A DNA stretch of 63,692 bases, the filler included, from Acidimicrobiia bacterium (GTDB taxonomy: Bacteria > Actinomycetota > Acidimicrobiia > Spongiisociales > JAENVV01), in the NCBI GenBank assembly GCA_041577335.1. It is 4 parts of 4 records of this genome, joined end to end, with 100 filler letters (N's around TTAATTAATTAA, not from the genome) between each part and the next. Parts side by side here need not be neighbours in the genome. Positions count along the whole stretch, not along the records: positions 1 to 20,842 come from JBFGJH010000062.1; positions 20,943 to 41,317 come from JBFGJH010000063.1; 2 more parts are not named here. One strand, 5' to 3'. Positions 20,768 to 30,472 of this stretch are shown in pieces. The notes beneath the pieces are model-generated. The model saw nothing but the letters and a program-made list of their open reading frames with translations. It had not been told where the DNA came from and did no database searches. The position numbers were made by a program, and so were the translations under genes. Within the stretch, counting starts at the first letter, position 1. Every line of letters begins with the position of its first letter.

Positions 20768-20790
20768 TTCGATTTCTGCCCCTGGCCACA
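20768..20790 (+). repeat. duplicate of the tRNA-Phe 3' end (att-like)
   Basis: TTCGATTTCTGCCCCTGGCCACA matches 20647-20668 except for one extra T. Confidence 0.8.
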
Positions 20791-20842
20791 ATCAGGTCCC
20801 GACCACCGGGCCAAGCTTCCAGCGCACCGGCTACGGTCTTAG

Positions 20843-20942
20843 NNNNNNNNNNNNNNNNNNNNNNNNNNNNNNNNNNNNNNNNNNNNTTAATTAATTAANN
20901 NNNNNNNNNNNNNNNNNNNNNNNNNNNNNNNNNNNNNNNNNN
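20843..20942. other. artificial contig linker
   Basis: N run + TTAATTAATTAA (stops in all frames) + N run, 100 bp. Confidence 0.98.
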
Positions 20943-21604
20943 TCCACTACCGGGCCCGAACGGCGGGAAGGCACGACGTTGAGGACACCCGCCGGCAAGC
21001 CGGCTTCTTGCATGATTTCGGCAATGGCCAGTGCGGTGAGCGGAGTATCCGATGCCGGCTTGAGGATCATTGTGCAACCGGCTGCAATCGCGGGGGCAAT
21101 CTTGCGCGTGGCCATCGCAGCCGGAAAGTTCCAGGGCGTGATGAGAAGAGACACGCCGATCGGCTGATGAATCGCGATGATACGTTTATCACCGCCTGGC
21201 GCAGTGTTGATCGATCCCAGGTTGCGAACTGCCTCTCCGGAGAACCAGCGGAAGAACTCAGCTGCGTAGTTCACTTCGGCTATTGCCTCCGGGAGCGCCT
21301 TGCCCATCTCGGCAACAATCAGCTCCGCCATTTCATCAGCGCGCCCGACCATGATCTCGAAAGCACGGCGAAGGATCTCACTCCGATCACGCGGCGCCAT
21401 CGCCGCAAACCCAGGGCCGGCCTCGGCGGCTACGCCGACTGCCGCCACGGCATCGTCGACGGAGCCACTGGAAACGTTCGTCAGGGTCTCGCCCGTGGCG
21501 GGATCCAGCACCGGGAAACCAGCTCCGTCCGACGACTCGCGCCACTGACCGTCGATAAAGAGGTGGGTGCCACCACGCGATTCGAGGCCTTGAAGGAGAG
21601 TCAT
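20943..21604 (-). CDS. gabD: NAD(P)-dependent succinate-semialdehyde dehydrogenase-like ALDH, 5' part (truncated at contig end)
   Basis: LFIDGQW, EMGKALPEA, YAAEFFRWFSGEA, ITPWNFPAAMATRKIAPAIAAGCT, KPA. Confidence 0.75.
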
Positions 21605-22008
21605 GCGCGGTAGCCCAGATTGGCGGCTTCTCTGGACCGCTCCGGTTGCGATGTAACGGCCTCTCGGCCCCAGCCGGTCGCCGGTTTGGCAGATGTCTTC
21701 ACTGAAGTACTCCTCACCTTGGCACGCCGATGTCAGGCGTCGAGCGCAATCGCTTGCATTGTGGAGGCGCAGCGCGGTCGTGTCAAAACAAATACACGTC
21801 GAGCTTCGGACCCCAGCATCCCGAGCTCGGATGCGCACCCAGCATCGCGGGATGCCTCGCCGAGCTGCGGAGGGCGACAATCAGCCTGTTTCACTGAGTA
21901 TCCGACGGTGGTCAACCTTCCATCGATCCGCCGCAGCCGTTCGTCCTCCCATCCAGGAACAGCTACTGACAACAACGCGCGGGCAAGGAGAAGAAGGAGG
22001 GAACTGGC

Positions 22009-22059
22009 TTGACAAATGATGAAGCGTTCGACCAAGATTGCAAAAGTGGCAAACGTTTG
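22009..22059 (+). promoter_or_regulatory. sigma-A-like promoter with a LacI-type palindrome
   Basis: TTGACA (22009-14)-N18-CAAGAT (22033-38), then CAAACGTTTG palindrome (22050-59). Confidence 0.5.
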
Positions 22060-22194
22060 GATTGTGGTGCGCCTTACGCCAACATCGGCCGAACCCGGTG
22101 TGACCGCCCTCGGGCGGCCGGCTGCCGTCGGCCACGCCCGGAGCACCCGCAACTGCGCCACCGCTGACTGCGCTCTCCTACACGGGCTCTCACC

Positions 22195-23742
22195 ATGAAC
22201 GGCGAAGCAACCCACAATCCGCCTCCACCCGACCCGTCCCCCATCATCGAAGCCGACGCCATTGTCAAGAGCTTCGGTGGCGAGCTTGCCGTCGACGACG
22301 TCAGCATCGCAGTCGCTCCCGGCGAGATCTATGGCTTGGTTGGCGAAAACGGAGCAGGCAAGTCCACCTTGATGCGCGTCCTCTCTGGCATCCTCATCCC
22401 CGACAAGGGCACCGTGAAGGTCGACGGCCGTCTCCTCGAGCTCGGCAGCAGCCGCTCAGCCCTCGATGCTGGTATCTCCCTCGTTCACCAGGAGCTGAGC
22501 CTCGTTCCAGAAATGACTGTGGCCGAGAACATCGTGCTCGGATCAACGCCAAGCAAAGCCGGATTCATCATGACGGGCGAGCTCAAGAAGATCGCCTCCG
22601 ACGCTCTCGAAGAGATCGGCGTGTCTGTGGACCTCGGAGAGCCTGTCGTGCGCCTGTCGGTGGCGTTGCGCCAGTTCGTCGAGATCGCCCGAGCCGTCGC
22701 CCGCAACCCGCGAGTGCTCATCCTCGACGAGCCCACCGCAACCCTGACGCCCGCCGAGACCGACTATCTACTCGACATGCTGCAGCGGCTGGCCAGCCGG
22801 GGCCTGGCCATCATCTACATCTCACACCGGATTCCTGAGATCTTTCGGATCTGCGACCGTGTCACCGTTCTCCGCGACGGCCAACTAGTCACGACCATCG
22901 ACATCGCCGACACCACGCCACAAGAAGTAGTGGACAGCATGGTCGGACGGGAGCTCAAGCTCGATCTCGAGACTCGACGCCGCTCAGAAGAAGTCGGCGA
23001 TGTGGTGTTATCGGCCCGTGGCATCGAGGCGCCGGGGGTCAACGGCATCAATCTCGACGTTCGTGCTGGAGAAATCGTGGGTCTTGGCGGGCTCGTGGGC
23101 GCAGGGCGGACCGAGTTCATCCGAGCGATGATCGGAGCCGACATCAAGTCGGCCGGTCACGTGTCGATTCGGGTGGGGGACACGAACCAACGAATCAATA
23201 GCTACCGGTCTGCCATATCTCACGGCCTTGCCTACATTCCCGAAGAGCGGCGCACCGACGGCCTGGCGCTGTCGGTCTCGGTCTCCGACAACATCGCCTT
23301 GCCCAATCGCCAGGAGTTGACCCGCTTCGGAGTGCTATTGCGGGGCAAGATCGCTCGATTCGCCCAAGTGCTGGTGGAAACCGTCGGCCTGCGCCCACCC
23401 AACATCCGACGGGACGCCGGGGACTTCAGCGGAGGCAACCAGCAGAAGATCGTGTTGGCCAAATGGCTGGGCCGCCAACCGCGGGTCATCGTCCTCGACG
23501 AACCGACACGCGGCGTCGACGTCGGCGCCAAGGTCGAGATTCACCGCCTGATCCGCGGCCTGGCCGACGAAGGCGCGGCAGTGCTGGTGGTGAGCTCCGA
23601 CCTGCCCGAGCTCCTCGAACTCTCTGACATCATCCACGTGGTTAGAGATGGTCGAGTGGTGGGAACTCTGCCGGCCGGAGTAGCCGACGAGACATCCGTG
23701 ATGACTCTGGCGTCGGGGGGAACGGGGCTGATCGGAGCATGA
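22195..23742 (+). CDS. sugar ABC transporter ATP-binding protein (RbsA/MglA type, two domains)
   Basis: GENGAGKST, ILDEPT, YISH, FSGGNQQKIVLAKW, DEPTRGVDVGAK. Confidence 0.93.
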   Translation: MNGEATHNPPPPDPSPIIEADAIVKSFGGELAVDDVSIAVAPGEIYGLVGENGAGKSTLMRVLSGILIPDKGTVKVDGRLLELGSSRSALDAGISLVHQELSLVPEMTVAENIVLGSTPSKAGFIMTGELKKIASDALEEIGVSVDLGEPVVRLSVALRQFVEIARAVARNPRVLILDEPTATLTPAETDYLLDMLQRLASRGLAIIYISHRIPEIFRICDRVTVLRDGQLVTTIDIADTTPQEVVDSMVGRELKLDLETRRRSEEVGDVVLSARGIEAPGVNGINLDVRAGEIVGLGGLVGAGRTEFIRAMIGADIKSAGHVSIRVGDTNQRINSYRSAISHGLAYIPEERRTDGLALSVSVSDNIALPNRQELTRFGVLLRGKIARFAQVLVETVGLRPPNIRRDAGDFSGGNQQKIVLAKWLGRQPRVIVLDEPTRGVDVGAKVEIHRLIRGLADEGAAVLVVSSDLPELLELSDIIHVVRDGRVVGTLPAGVADETSVMTLASGGTGLIGA

Positions 23743-24140
23743 CCACCTCGCGCCGTGACACGATCGCCGAGTACTTCCGCCGACAGTACGAGACGAAGGA
23801 AGGCTCCACCGAGGAGAACGTGAACGGGCTGTTCGCCGAAGACCTCGTGTTTCACCTCACGGGAGACCGCGTCATGGGTCGCGATGCGCTCGTCGTTCTC
23901 TGCGACCTGCTTCGGCGTATGCGCCATGGTCAGGCGACGATGGTGTCGAATTTCGAGGAGGACGACGATGTCACATCTTTCGTGCTCTATATCGTTGGCA
24001 CCGATCCCACGACCGGCCATGAGGTATCTGTGAGCACGCAGACCAAGTATCGGTTCGTCGGCGACAAGGTGGTCGAAGTCTGGCAGGAGAACCCGGCGGC
24101 CCTCGAAGCTGCCGTTCGGGCGGCAGGAGTTCGGCTGTGA
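23739..24140 (+). CDS. SnoaL/NTF2-like protein
   Basis: LFAEDLVFH..GRDAL..YRFVGDKVVEVW pattern. Four-base overlaps with both neighbours. Confidence 0.7.
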   Translation: MTTSRRDTIAEYFRRQYETKEGSTEENVNGLFAEDLVFHLTGDRVMGRDALVVLCDLLRRMRHGQATMVSNFEEDDDVTSFVLYIVGTDPTTGHEVSVSTQTKYRFVGDKVVEVWQENPAALEAAVRAAGVRL

Positions 24141-25177
24141 CCCAGGAGAAGTCGACCGACGTGACCCAGGTAGCGCCGAGTGACGCCCCGAAGACCGCGG
24201 ACGACTCCCGGGGCGAAACGGCCGCCAGCCGCCGGAATGTGAAAGCCTTGGATTGGCTTTCGCAGCGGGGCATCTTCGTCTTCACGATCCTGCTCATCGT
24301 GTTCGCGGCGATCTTCATCGACGGTTTCGCGTCCCTCGTCAACATCACGGACGTGTTCAATCGCGCGGCCCCGATCGGGATCGTTGCTGTGGGGATGACC
24401 TTCGTTGTCATCACGGGCAACTATCTCGACCTTTCCGTCGTTGCTCAGGTCGCTACCGCAGCGGTGGTGTTGATCGCCGTCAGCAACGAGTCGACCATTT
24501 TGGCTGCAATGGGCCTGGCGTTGCTGATCGCCGTGGCCTACGGCCTCGTCAATGGAGTCGCCGTGGGCGTCTTCAAGGCAAACGCGGTGATTGTCACCCT
24601 GTCGACGACCTTCATCGGTTTAGGGCTCCTACGCTGGCTCACCGGCGGCAGCATCTATTTTGGACCCCAAGATGGCGCCATCCGCTCGTTCGGCCTCGCC
24701 AAGCTCGGGCCTTTCCCACTGGCGATGCTCGTATTGATCGTGGTGACGCTGATCCTCTCCTGGGTCCTCAACCAGACCAACTTCGGGTTTCTCGTCAAGT
24801 CCTACGGCTCCAACAGAGAAGCCACCCGATTGGCTGGTGTGAACACGGCCTGGGTAGTCATTGGCGCCTTTGGCCTCTCGGCGCTGGGCGCCATGATCGG
24901 CGGATTCGTCCTCGGCGCCTTTTCCAACACGGCAGTGTCGGCAATGTCGACCGGGTTCGATTTCCGCGCATTGGCAGCGATCATCGTCGGCGGCACCAGC
25001 GTCTTCGGCGGTCGAGGCAGTGTGCTGCGAACGTTGCTCGGCGTCGTGTTTGTGAGTGTCCTGACCAACATCATGGTGCTTTCTGGGCTCACCTTTGGTG
25101 TGCAACAGATGGTGATTGGCGCCCTCATCGTTGCCGCAGTCTCGGTCGATGCCCTGGCGAGAAAGGCGGCCTCGTGA
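24137..25177 (+). CDS. sugar ABC transporter permease (RbsC type)
   Basis: AVGMTFVVITG.LDLSV, GSNREATRLAGV, AAIIVGGTSVFGGRGS. Confidence 0.92.
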   Translation: MTQEKSTDVTQVAPSDAPKTADDSRGETAASRRNVKALDWLSQRGIFVFTILLIVFAAIFIDGFASLVNITDVFNRAAPIGIVAVGMTFVVITGNYLDLSVVAQVATAAVVLIAVSNESTILAAMGLALLIAVAYGLVNGVAVGVFKANAVIVTLSTTFIGLGLLRWLTGGSIYFGPQDGAIRSFGLAKLGPFPLAMLVLIVVTLILSWVLNQTNFGFLVKSYGSNREATRLAGVNTAWVVIGAFGLSALGAMIGGFVLGAFSNTAVSAMSTGFDFRALAAIIVGGTSVFGGRGSVLRTLLGVVFVSVLTNIMVLSGLTFGVQQMVIGALIVAAVSVDALARKAAS

Positions 25178-26205
25178 CGCATCAGCAAGGCATCAGCCTG
25201 GGCGAAGCACCGGGCGGAGCCATGAATCGGCTTCGTCGCACTCTCGCTCGGCGCACCGAGGGACGAGCCCTGGCTCTGCTGATCATCGTCGTGATTGTGA
25301 CCGCGATCATGGAACCAATCGCCTTTACTGCCTATGAAGTGACACTCGGTCGCATCGCTCTCATCGGGCTGGTCGCCCTGGGCCTCACTGCAGTGATCCT
25401 CATGGGCGAACTCGACCTGGCCGTCGCCAGTACGCTCGCTGTGGCCGGCGTGGTGATGGCGAGCATCGACAACCTTGCTCTCGGCATCCTCACGGCGCTC
25501 GTCGTCGGGCTGGTGATTGGTGCTGTCAACGCCTTCTTCGTCGTCGTCGTCGGTATCAACTCGTTCATAGCCACGCTCGGCATGCTCTTCTTCCTCCGAG
25601 GCGCCGCCTTCGTTCTCTCGGGTGAGGAGCCCGTGAGGCTCTCCGACATCGACGCCGGCATCGCCTTTGGCAAGCCGTTGATTGGTGATCTGACACCGCG
25701 CATGCTGCTGTTCATCCTTGCGTTCCTCGCCCTCCACATCTTCGTGACGCGGGTGCGCGCCGGTCGCGAGTTCTATGCCGTCGGCGGCAATAGGCAGGCC
25801 GCATATGACGCCGGCATTCCGGTGCGGAGGCGAATATTCACAGGGTTCATGATCTCGGGCTTCGTGGCCGCCCTCGCCGGCATCATCAATACCCTGGAAC
25901 GGACAGCCGCGGACCCCACCGCAGGATCCACCGTCCTGCTGGCCAGTTTCGCCGCAGCCATCATCGGAGGCGTGCTCCTCACGGGCGGTCGAGGCTCCGT
26001 CTTTGGCACGCTGCTGGGAGCGGCGTCACTTGGCATCCTCCAGGTGGCACTGACCCTGTCCGGCGTCCAGGTGGACGTTCAGAACATCGTCATCGGTTCA
26101 GTGTTGTTCATCGCCGTGATCACGGACCCGAACAGCCTTCGCTCTGTGCTCGGCAGCGCCAGGTCGTTCTTCAGAGGCCGCTCTAGGGCCTCGCCAACCC
26201 AGTGA
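25174..26205 (+). CDS. sugar ABC transporter permease (RbsC type)
   Basis: ALGLTAVILMGELDLAV, SFIATLG, AVGGNRQAA, AAIIGGVLLTGGRGS. GTG start overlaps the previous stop. Confidence 0.92.
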   Translation: MTHQQGISLGEAPGGAMNRLRRTLARRTEGRALALLIIVVIVTAIMEPIAFTAYEVTLGRIALIGLVALGLTAVILMGELDLAVASTLAVAGVVMASIDNLALGILTALVVGLVIGAVNAFFVVVVGINSFIATLGMLFFLRGAAFVLSGEEPVRLSDIDAGIAFGKPLIGDLTPRMLLFILAFLALHIFVTRVRAGREFYAVGGNRQAAYDAGIPVRRRIFTGFMISGFVAALAGIINTLERTAADPTAGSTVLLASFAAAIIGGVLLTGGRGSVFGTLLGAASLGILQVALTLSGVQVDVQNIVIGSVLFIAVITDPNSLRSVLGSARSFFRGRSRASPTQ

Positions 26206-26272
26206 TTTCACGTTCCACCGAAATCGGTGGAACACTCCGACGAAACCGAAACGACGAAAGGTACTTACAGAT

Positions 26273-27304
26273 ATGAGTAAAAACTTCTTGAGATTGGCCA
26301 GTCTGCTCGCCGTGGGCATGCTGATCCTCGCTGCATGTGGCGACGGAGACTCCTCCGACACCACCACTGGCGGCGATGCCGAACCTGCGGCGACTGCCGC
26401 ACCCGCTGATGGAGGCGAGACATTCGAGATCTTTGCCCTTCTCCCCCAAGGAAACGACCAACCGTACGGCACGACCTACCTGCCTCCATTCGAGGCAAAG
26501 GCTGCTGAGCTCGGATTGAACGTGACCATCACGAATTCGCAATACGACGCCGACAAGCAGGCGAGCGAGTGCGAAGTCGCGGTGGCCGCCAATCCAGACT
26601 TGATCATCCTGTGGCCGGCGGTTGGCGACACGGTACGGCCATGCTTGGAAGCGGCCAATGCGGCCGGTATCCCGGTCACCGTGACGAACTCCGACCTGAA
26701 CCCCGAAGACCAGGAGCTTTCGGCGGCGTACTCAGGCCCGGATACCTACGGACAGGGTGTCGCTTCGGCAGAGATCTTCTGCGAACTGGCCGGTGGCGAG
26801 GACGTTGGCATCATCATGGTGAACGGTCTGACTGGGAACTCGACAGCGATCGATCGCGAAGCCGGTTTCGAAGACACAATCAATGAGCAGTGCCCGAACG
26901 TGACGATCTTGGCGAGGCAGCCGGGCAACTGGAACAAGGATGAATCTCAGATCGCAGCATCCGAGATGATCACTGCCGTCGGTGCCGAAAATATCGGCGG
27001 CGCGTACGCAGCAGACGACACGATGGTCGCCGGCGTGATCGACGCTTTCAAGGCGCAGGGCATCGACCCGGCTTCCTTGATCATCACGTCGATTGGCAAC
27101 ACGTTCCTCGGGAACCCTCTGGTGGTGTCGGGAGAGCTTGACGGAACCGTGTTCCAGTCGTCGTCGTGGGACGGCGAGAACGCCGCGGTAGTCGCTCACC
27201 AGGTCCTGACCGAGTCGCCGAGCGAGCGTATCGTGCTGTTCATGCCGTCGGTGCCGGTAACCGCCGACAACGCCGACGACCCGTCGGTCGCACCGGAGTG
27301 GTAA
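26273..27304 (+). CDS. sugar ABC substrate-binding lipoprotein (RbsB-like)
   Basis: Lipobox LAAC, periplasmic binding fold pattern AGIPV, DREAGF, GNW, AADD. Confidence 0.88.
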   Translation: MSKNFLRLASLLAVGMLILAACGDGDSSDTTTGGDAEPAATAAPADGGETFEIFALLPQGNDQPYGTTYLPPFEAKAAELGLNVTITNSQYDADKQASECEVAVAANPDLIILWPAVGDTVRPCLEAANAAGIPVTVTNSDLNPEDQELSAAYSGPDTYGQGVASAEIFCELAGGEDVGIIMVNGLTGNSTAIDREAGFEDTINEQCPNVTILARQPGNWNKDESQIAASEMITAVGAENIGGAYAADDTMVAGVIDAFKAQGIDPASLIITSIGNTFLGNPLVVSGELDGTVFQSSSWDGENAAVVAHQVLTESPSERIVLFMPSVPVTADNADDPSVAPEW

Positions 27305-27326
27305 ACCTCCACTCGAAGTAGGAACT

Positions 27327-27358
27327 CGAGACCCGGGCGGGTTGCCGCCCGGGTCTCG
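27327..27358 (+). terminator. 14-bp stem-loop after the binding-protein gene
   Basis: CGAGACCCGGGCGG-GTTG-CCGCCCGGGTCTCG. Confidence 0.65.
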
Positions 27359-27392
27359 GCATTCGATCATCAATCAACGAGGAGATGGATAC

Positions 27393-28190
27393 GTGGGAAT
27401 CATGACAGGACGCTCATGCATCGTGACAGGAGCGGCACAAGGCATCGGCCGAGCGATCGGCGAAGCGCTGCTGGACGAAGGTGCTGACGTGTGTTTCGCC
27501 GACCTCAACGGTGACAAGGCTGCCGAGGCCGCGGCGGCCAACGAGCAGCGCGCCAGCGAGAGCGGCGGAAGAGTCATGTCGGCGTTGGTTGACGTGAGCA
27601 AACGCGATCAGGTCGCGGAGATGATCGCCAAGACGGTGGAGCACTTCGGCAAGTTGGACGTCAAGTTCAACAACGCCGGAGTCAACAAGCCCATGAACTT
27701 CCTCGATGTCACCGAGGACAACTGGGATTTCATCATGCGGATCAATGGCCTCGGCGTGCTCATCGGGATTCAGGAAGCCGCCAAGCAGATGATCAAGCAA
27801 GGCTCGGGTGGCAAGATCATCAACACAGCATCGATTGCCGGCCGGCAAGGATTCGACAACGTGGCGCCGTACTGTGCTTCCAAGTTTGCGGTCGTCTCAT
27901 TGACGCAGTCAGCTGCTCGCGACCTCGCCCAGCACGACATCACGGTGACAGGATTCGCGCCCGGCGTGGTCGCCACCGAATTGTGGGAAACCCTGGACAA
28001 GGACCTCATGGAGATCGGTGCCTCCGAGCGACCAGGCCAGGCAATGGAAGAGTTCTCCCAGGGCATCTTGCGCGGACGCGTGGCGACCCCGGCCGACATC
28101 ACGGGAACGACCACCTTCCTCGCCTCGCCGGCAAGCGACTACATGACGGGCCAGATCGTCATGATCGACGGAGGAATGACGCTGGTATGA
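27393..28190 (+). CDS. SDR oxidoreductase (polyol/acetoin dehydrogenase-like)
   Basis: TGAAQGIG, NNAG, YCASK, GQIVMIDGG. GGAG RBS before GTG 27393. Confidence 0.88.
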   Translation: MGIMTGRSCIVTGAAQGIGRAIGEALLDEGADVCFADLNGDKAAEAAAANEQRASESGGRVMSALVDVSKRDQVAEMIAKTVEHFGKLDVKFNNAGVNKPMNFLDVTEDNWDFIMRINGLGVLIGIQEAAKQMIKQGSGGKIINTASIAGRQGFDNVAPYCASKFAVVSLTQSAARDLAQHDITVTGFAPGVVATELWETLDKDLMEIGASERPGQAMEEFSQGILRGRVATPADITGTTTFLASPASDYMTGQIVMIDGGMTLV

Positions 28191-28333
28191 CCCGAACATG
28201 ACGCGGGTCGGAGCCGCCGGCCCCGGGATGCTCAGCTCATGATCATGATGGGATCGATCGAAAGAAGCGCTCCGGCGGATCGAGCCCGCCATGGTCGCGC
28301 CGGGTCGGTCGTCAACTATTTGCGAGGTCTGAA

Positions 28334-29044
28334 ATGACAAGGGCAGCACTCTTCGTCGGCGGTTGGGAAGGGCACAAACCGGAGGCGTTCGGCGATTGGG
28401 CGGCGTCGCTGCTCGAAAACGAAGGCTTCGAGACGGTCACGTTCGACACCCTGGCGCCGTTGGCCGAACCGGAGCAGCTCGCAGACGTCAACCTCATCGT
28501 TCCTATCTGGTCGAGTGCCCGGTCGTCGCATCAACCAGAGTTCGGCAACATGACCAAGACTGAGGAGGATGGCCTGCTGAAGCTGATTGGGAACGGCTGC
28601 GGAATCGCCGGATGGCACGGACATATGGGCGACGCCTTTCGAGACCGGCCGACCTACCACTTCCTGATCGGTGGCCAGTTCGTCGGCCACCCACCGGGTT
28701 GGCCGGACAACCCCATTCCTGCCGATGACTTCATCGACTACGAAGTCACCATCGCCAAGCCCCACGATCCGATCGTCCGAGGCCTGCGCAGCTTCCAGAT
28801 CCACTCGGAGCAGTACTACATGCTCGTCGATCCTTCCAACGACGTGTTGGCAACGACGACGTTCTCCGGCGATCACCTTTGGTGGATCGAGGGCACCACC
28901 ATCCCGGTGGTGTGGAAGCGGCACTGGGATCAGGGTCGGGTGTTCTACTGCTCGGTCGGGCACGAACTGGACGACCTGAAACTGCCGCAGGTGACGGAGA
29001 TCATGCGGCGTGGCATGCGCTGGGCTGCATCGCTCGACGACTGA
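28334..29044 (+). CDS. ThuA-like domain protein
   Basis: GGWEGHKP, GIAGWHG, GGQFVGHP, SEQYYMLVDP, GRVFYCSVGH. Confidence 0.85.
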   Translation: MTRAALFVGGWEGHKPEAFGDWAASLLENEGFETVTFDTLAPLAEPEQLADVNLIVPIWSSARSSHQPEFGNMTKTEEDGLLKLIGNGCGIAGWHGHMGDAFRDRPTYHFLIGGQFVGHPPGWPDNPIPADDFIDYEVTIAKPHDPIVRGLRSFQIHSEQYYMLVDPSNDVLATTTFSGDHLWWIEGTTIPVVWKRHWDQGRVFYCSVGHELDDLKLPQVTEIMRRGMRWAASLDD

Positions 29045-29203
29045 CGAGCGCCGCAGCTCCCAACTTCGGGACCTTGGCCTCTGTAGCGCCTCAGCGGGCC
29101 CGGGTACGTTGACCGTGACGCGCACATCCTCGTGCGTGCAGGGGAAGGAAGCGAGACGGATGGCTCCGACGCTGCCGCCGCTCCGCTTTGGAAAGGGGAC
29201 TTG

Positions 29204-29713
29204 ATGAGACGCCGATTCGTAGTTGTCGTCGCGCTGGTTATCACGGGGTTGGTTGCCGCGCCCGCGGCGCTGGCCGACAAACCCGAGATCTCGAGGGAGG
29301 AATTCACCCCACCCGACGGCCTGTTGACTGATTGCGGCGATTTCGAAATTTGGGGGCATGAAGACTGGGACCTGACGACGAAGACATTCTTCAAGCAGGG
29401 AGAACTAGATCGAGTGCACTTTCACCTCGACATCGACGGCTTCGTCTACAACATGGAGGAGCCCGACAAGTCGCTGGATTCAATGGCCCACTACAGCTTT
29501 GTCACCTATGCCGAAGAGCTGTTCGAGGTGTGGACCCAGCACGGGCTGTTCTATCGGATTTATCTCCCCCAAGGCGGTCACGTCTTGATAGACGCCGGCC
29601 ACTTCGTGGTTCAGCTGGTGGACGGACTCCCTGTCATCCTGTGGCAGGCCGGCCCACATCCCTTCGAGTTCGTCGAGGGAGATTTCGACGCCGTATGTGA
29701 GGCATTGGCGTAG
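29204..29713 (+). CDS. secreted hypothetical protein
   Basis: Signal peptide MRRRFVVVVALVITGLVAAPAALA, AAAGGGG RBS, two Cys near the ends (C-terminal VCEALA). Confidence 0.75.
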   Translation: MRRRFVVVVALVITGLVAAPAALADKPEISREEFTPPDGLLTDCGDFEIWGHEDWDLTTKTFFKQGELDRVHFHLDIDGFVYNMEEPDKSLDSMAHYSFVTYAEELFEVWTQHGLFYRIYLPQGGHVLIDAGHFVVQLVDGLPVILWQAGPHPFEFVEGDFDAVCEALA

Positions 29714-29745
29714 CCAGAAGTCTGAGTCTTGGAACGAACGGGTGC

Positions 29746-30078
29746 CTACATCCCGGGGGCAGGCATCATTTCGTAGATGTCGATGGCATAGTTGCCGGTT
29801 TGGTCGCTGAGGTACGGGTGCCCGTTGGCCATCGCCTTGGCAGCCTCCAGGCTGTCCGCCTCAATCACTGAATAGCCCGAAGCTGCATCGGCCGCTCGCT
29901 CGGTGCCGTCATCGACTATCGACGCGCTCGGACCGAACGGCTGACCCATGTCCACCATTGCGGGACCTACGCCCTCCATCCATGCCGCCCACTTACCCAT
30001 CACTTCTTGGACCTGCTCCGGAGCCATGTCTTCCATATCCGTCGCTTCGCCTTTGTAGACGATCATGTATTTCGCCAT
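29746..30078 (-). CDS. YciI/DGPF-like dimeric alpha-beta barrel protein
   Basis: MAKYMIVY..WAAW..GYSVIEADSLEAA..HP, with a GGAGG RBS. Confidence 0.75.
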   Translation of the reverse strand: MAKYMIVYKGEATDMEDMAPEQVQEVMGKWAAWMEGVGPAMVDMGQPFGPSASIVDDGTERAADAASGYSVIEADSLEAAKAMANGHPYLSDQTGNYAIDIYEMMPAPGM

Positions 30079-30241
30079 CGAGTGCCTCCTCGTGTCGTTG
30101 GCGCGGTCGAGAATACTGCTCCCCTTGGCGCCTCACCCAAATGTGACGCCCACCCGACAGATAGGTCGAGTGGCAGGCAGCAGCCCACCAATTCGGTGCA
30201 GCGCCTAGCTAGGTGAACCCTCGGGCGGCCGTCCTTCGATC

Positions 30242-30446
30242 GTCCCCCGCCCCCCTACCCCCAACATCCGTTGGGGGGACTATTGACGCAACCTCCCATA
30301 CCCGCAGACGGCAAGACCACCCTGATCAATCGCCCACCAAAACTCGAAGGTCCCACCGCCCCCCTACCCCCAACAGCCGTTGGGCGGGACTACTCACGCA
30401 ACCCCCAAACCCGCACACGGCAAGACCACCCAGATCAACAGCCCAC
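30242..30446. repeat. two-copy tandem repeat of about 108 bp with an internal hairpin (REP-like)
   Basis: 30242-30337 and 30350-30446 share CCGCCCCCCTACCCCCAACA.CCGTTGGG.GGGACTA.T.ACGCAACC..CCCGCA.ACGGCAAGACCACCC.GATCAA..GCCCAC. Confidence 0.85.
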
Positions 30447-30472
30447 GAACTTCGCTGAGTTCACCTCGCCGG

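Noticed and set aside
20887..20898. TTAATTAATTAA palindrome as a biological site
   Set aside because: It is identical inside all three N gaps, so it is an artificial linker.
30242..30446. Possible CRISPR array
   Set aside because: Only two units, similar along nearly their whole length with no unique spacers, and no cas genes.
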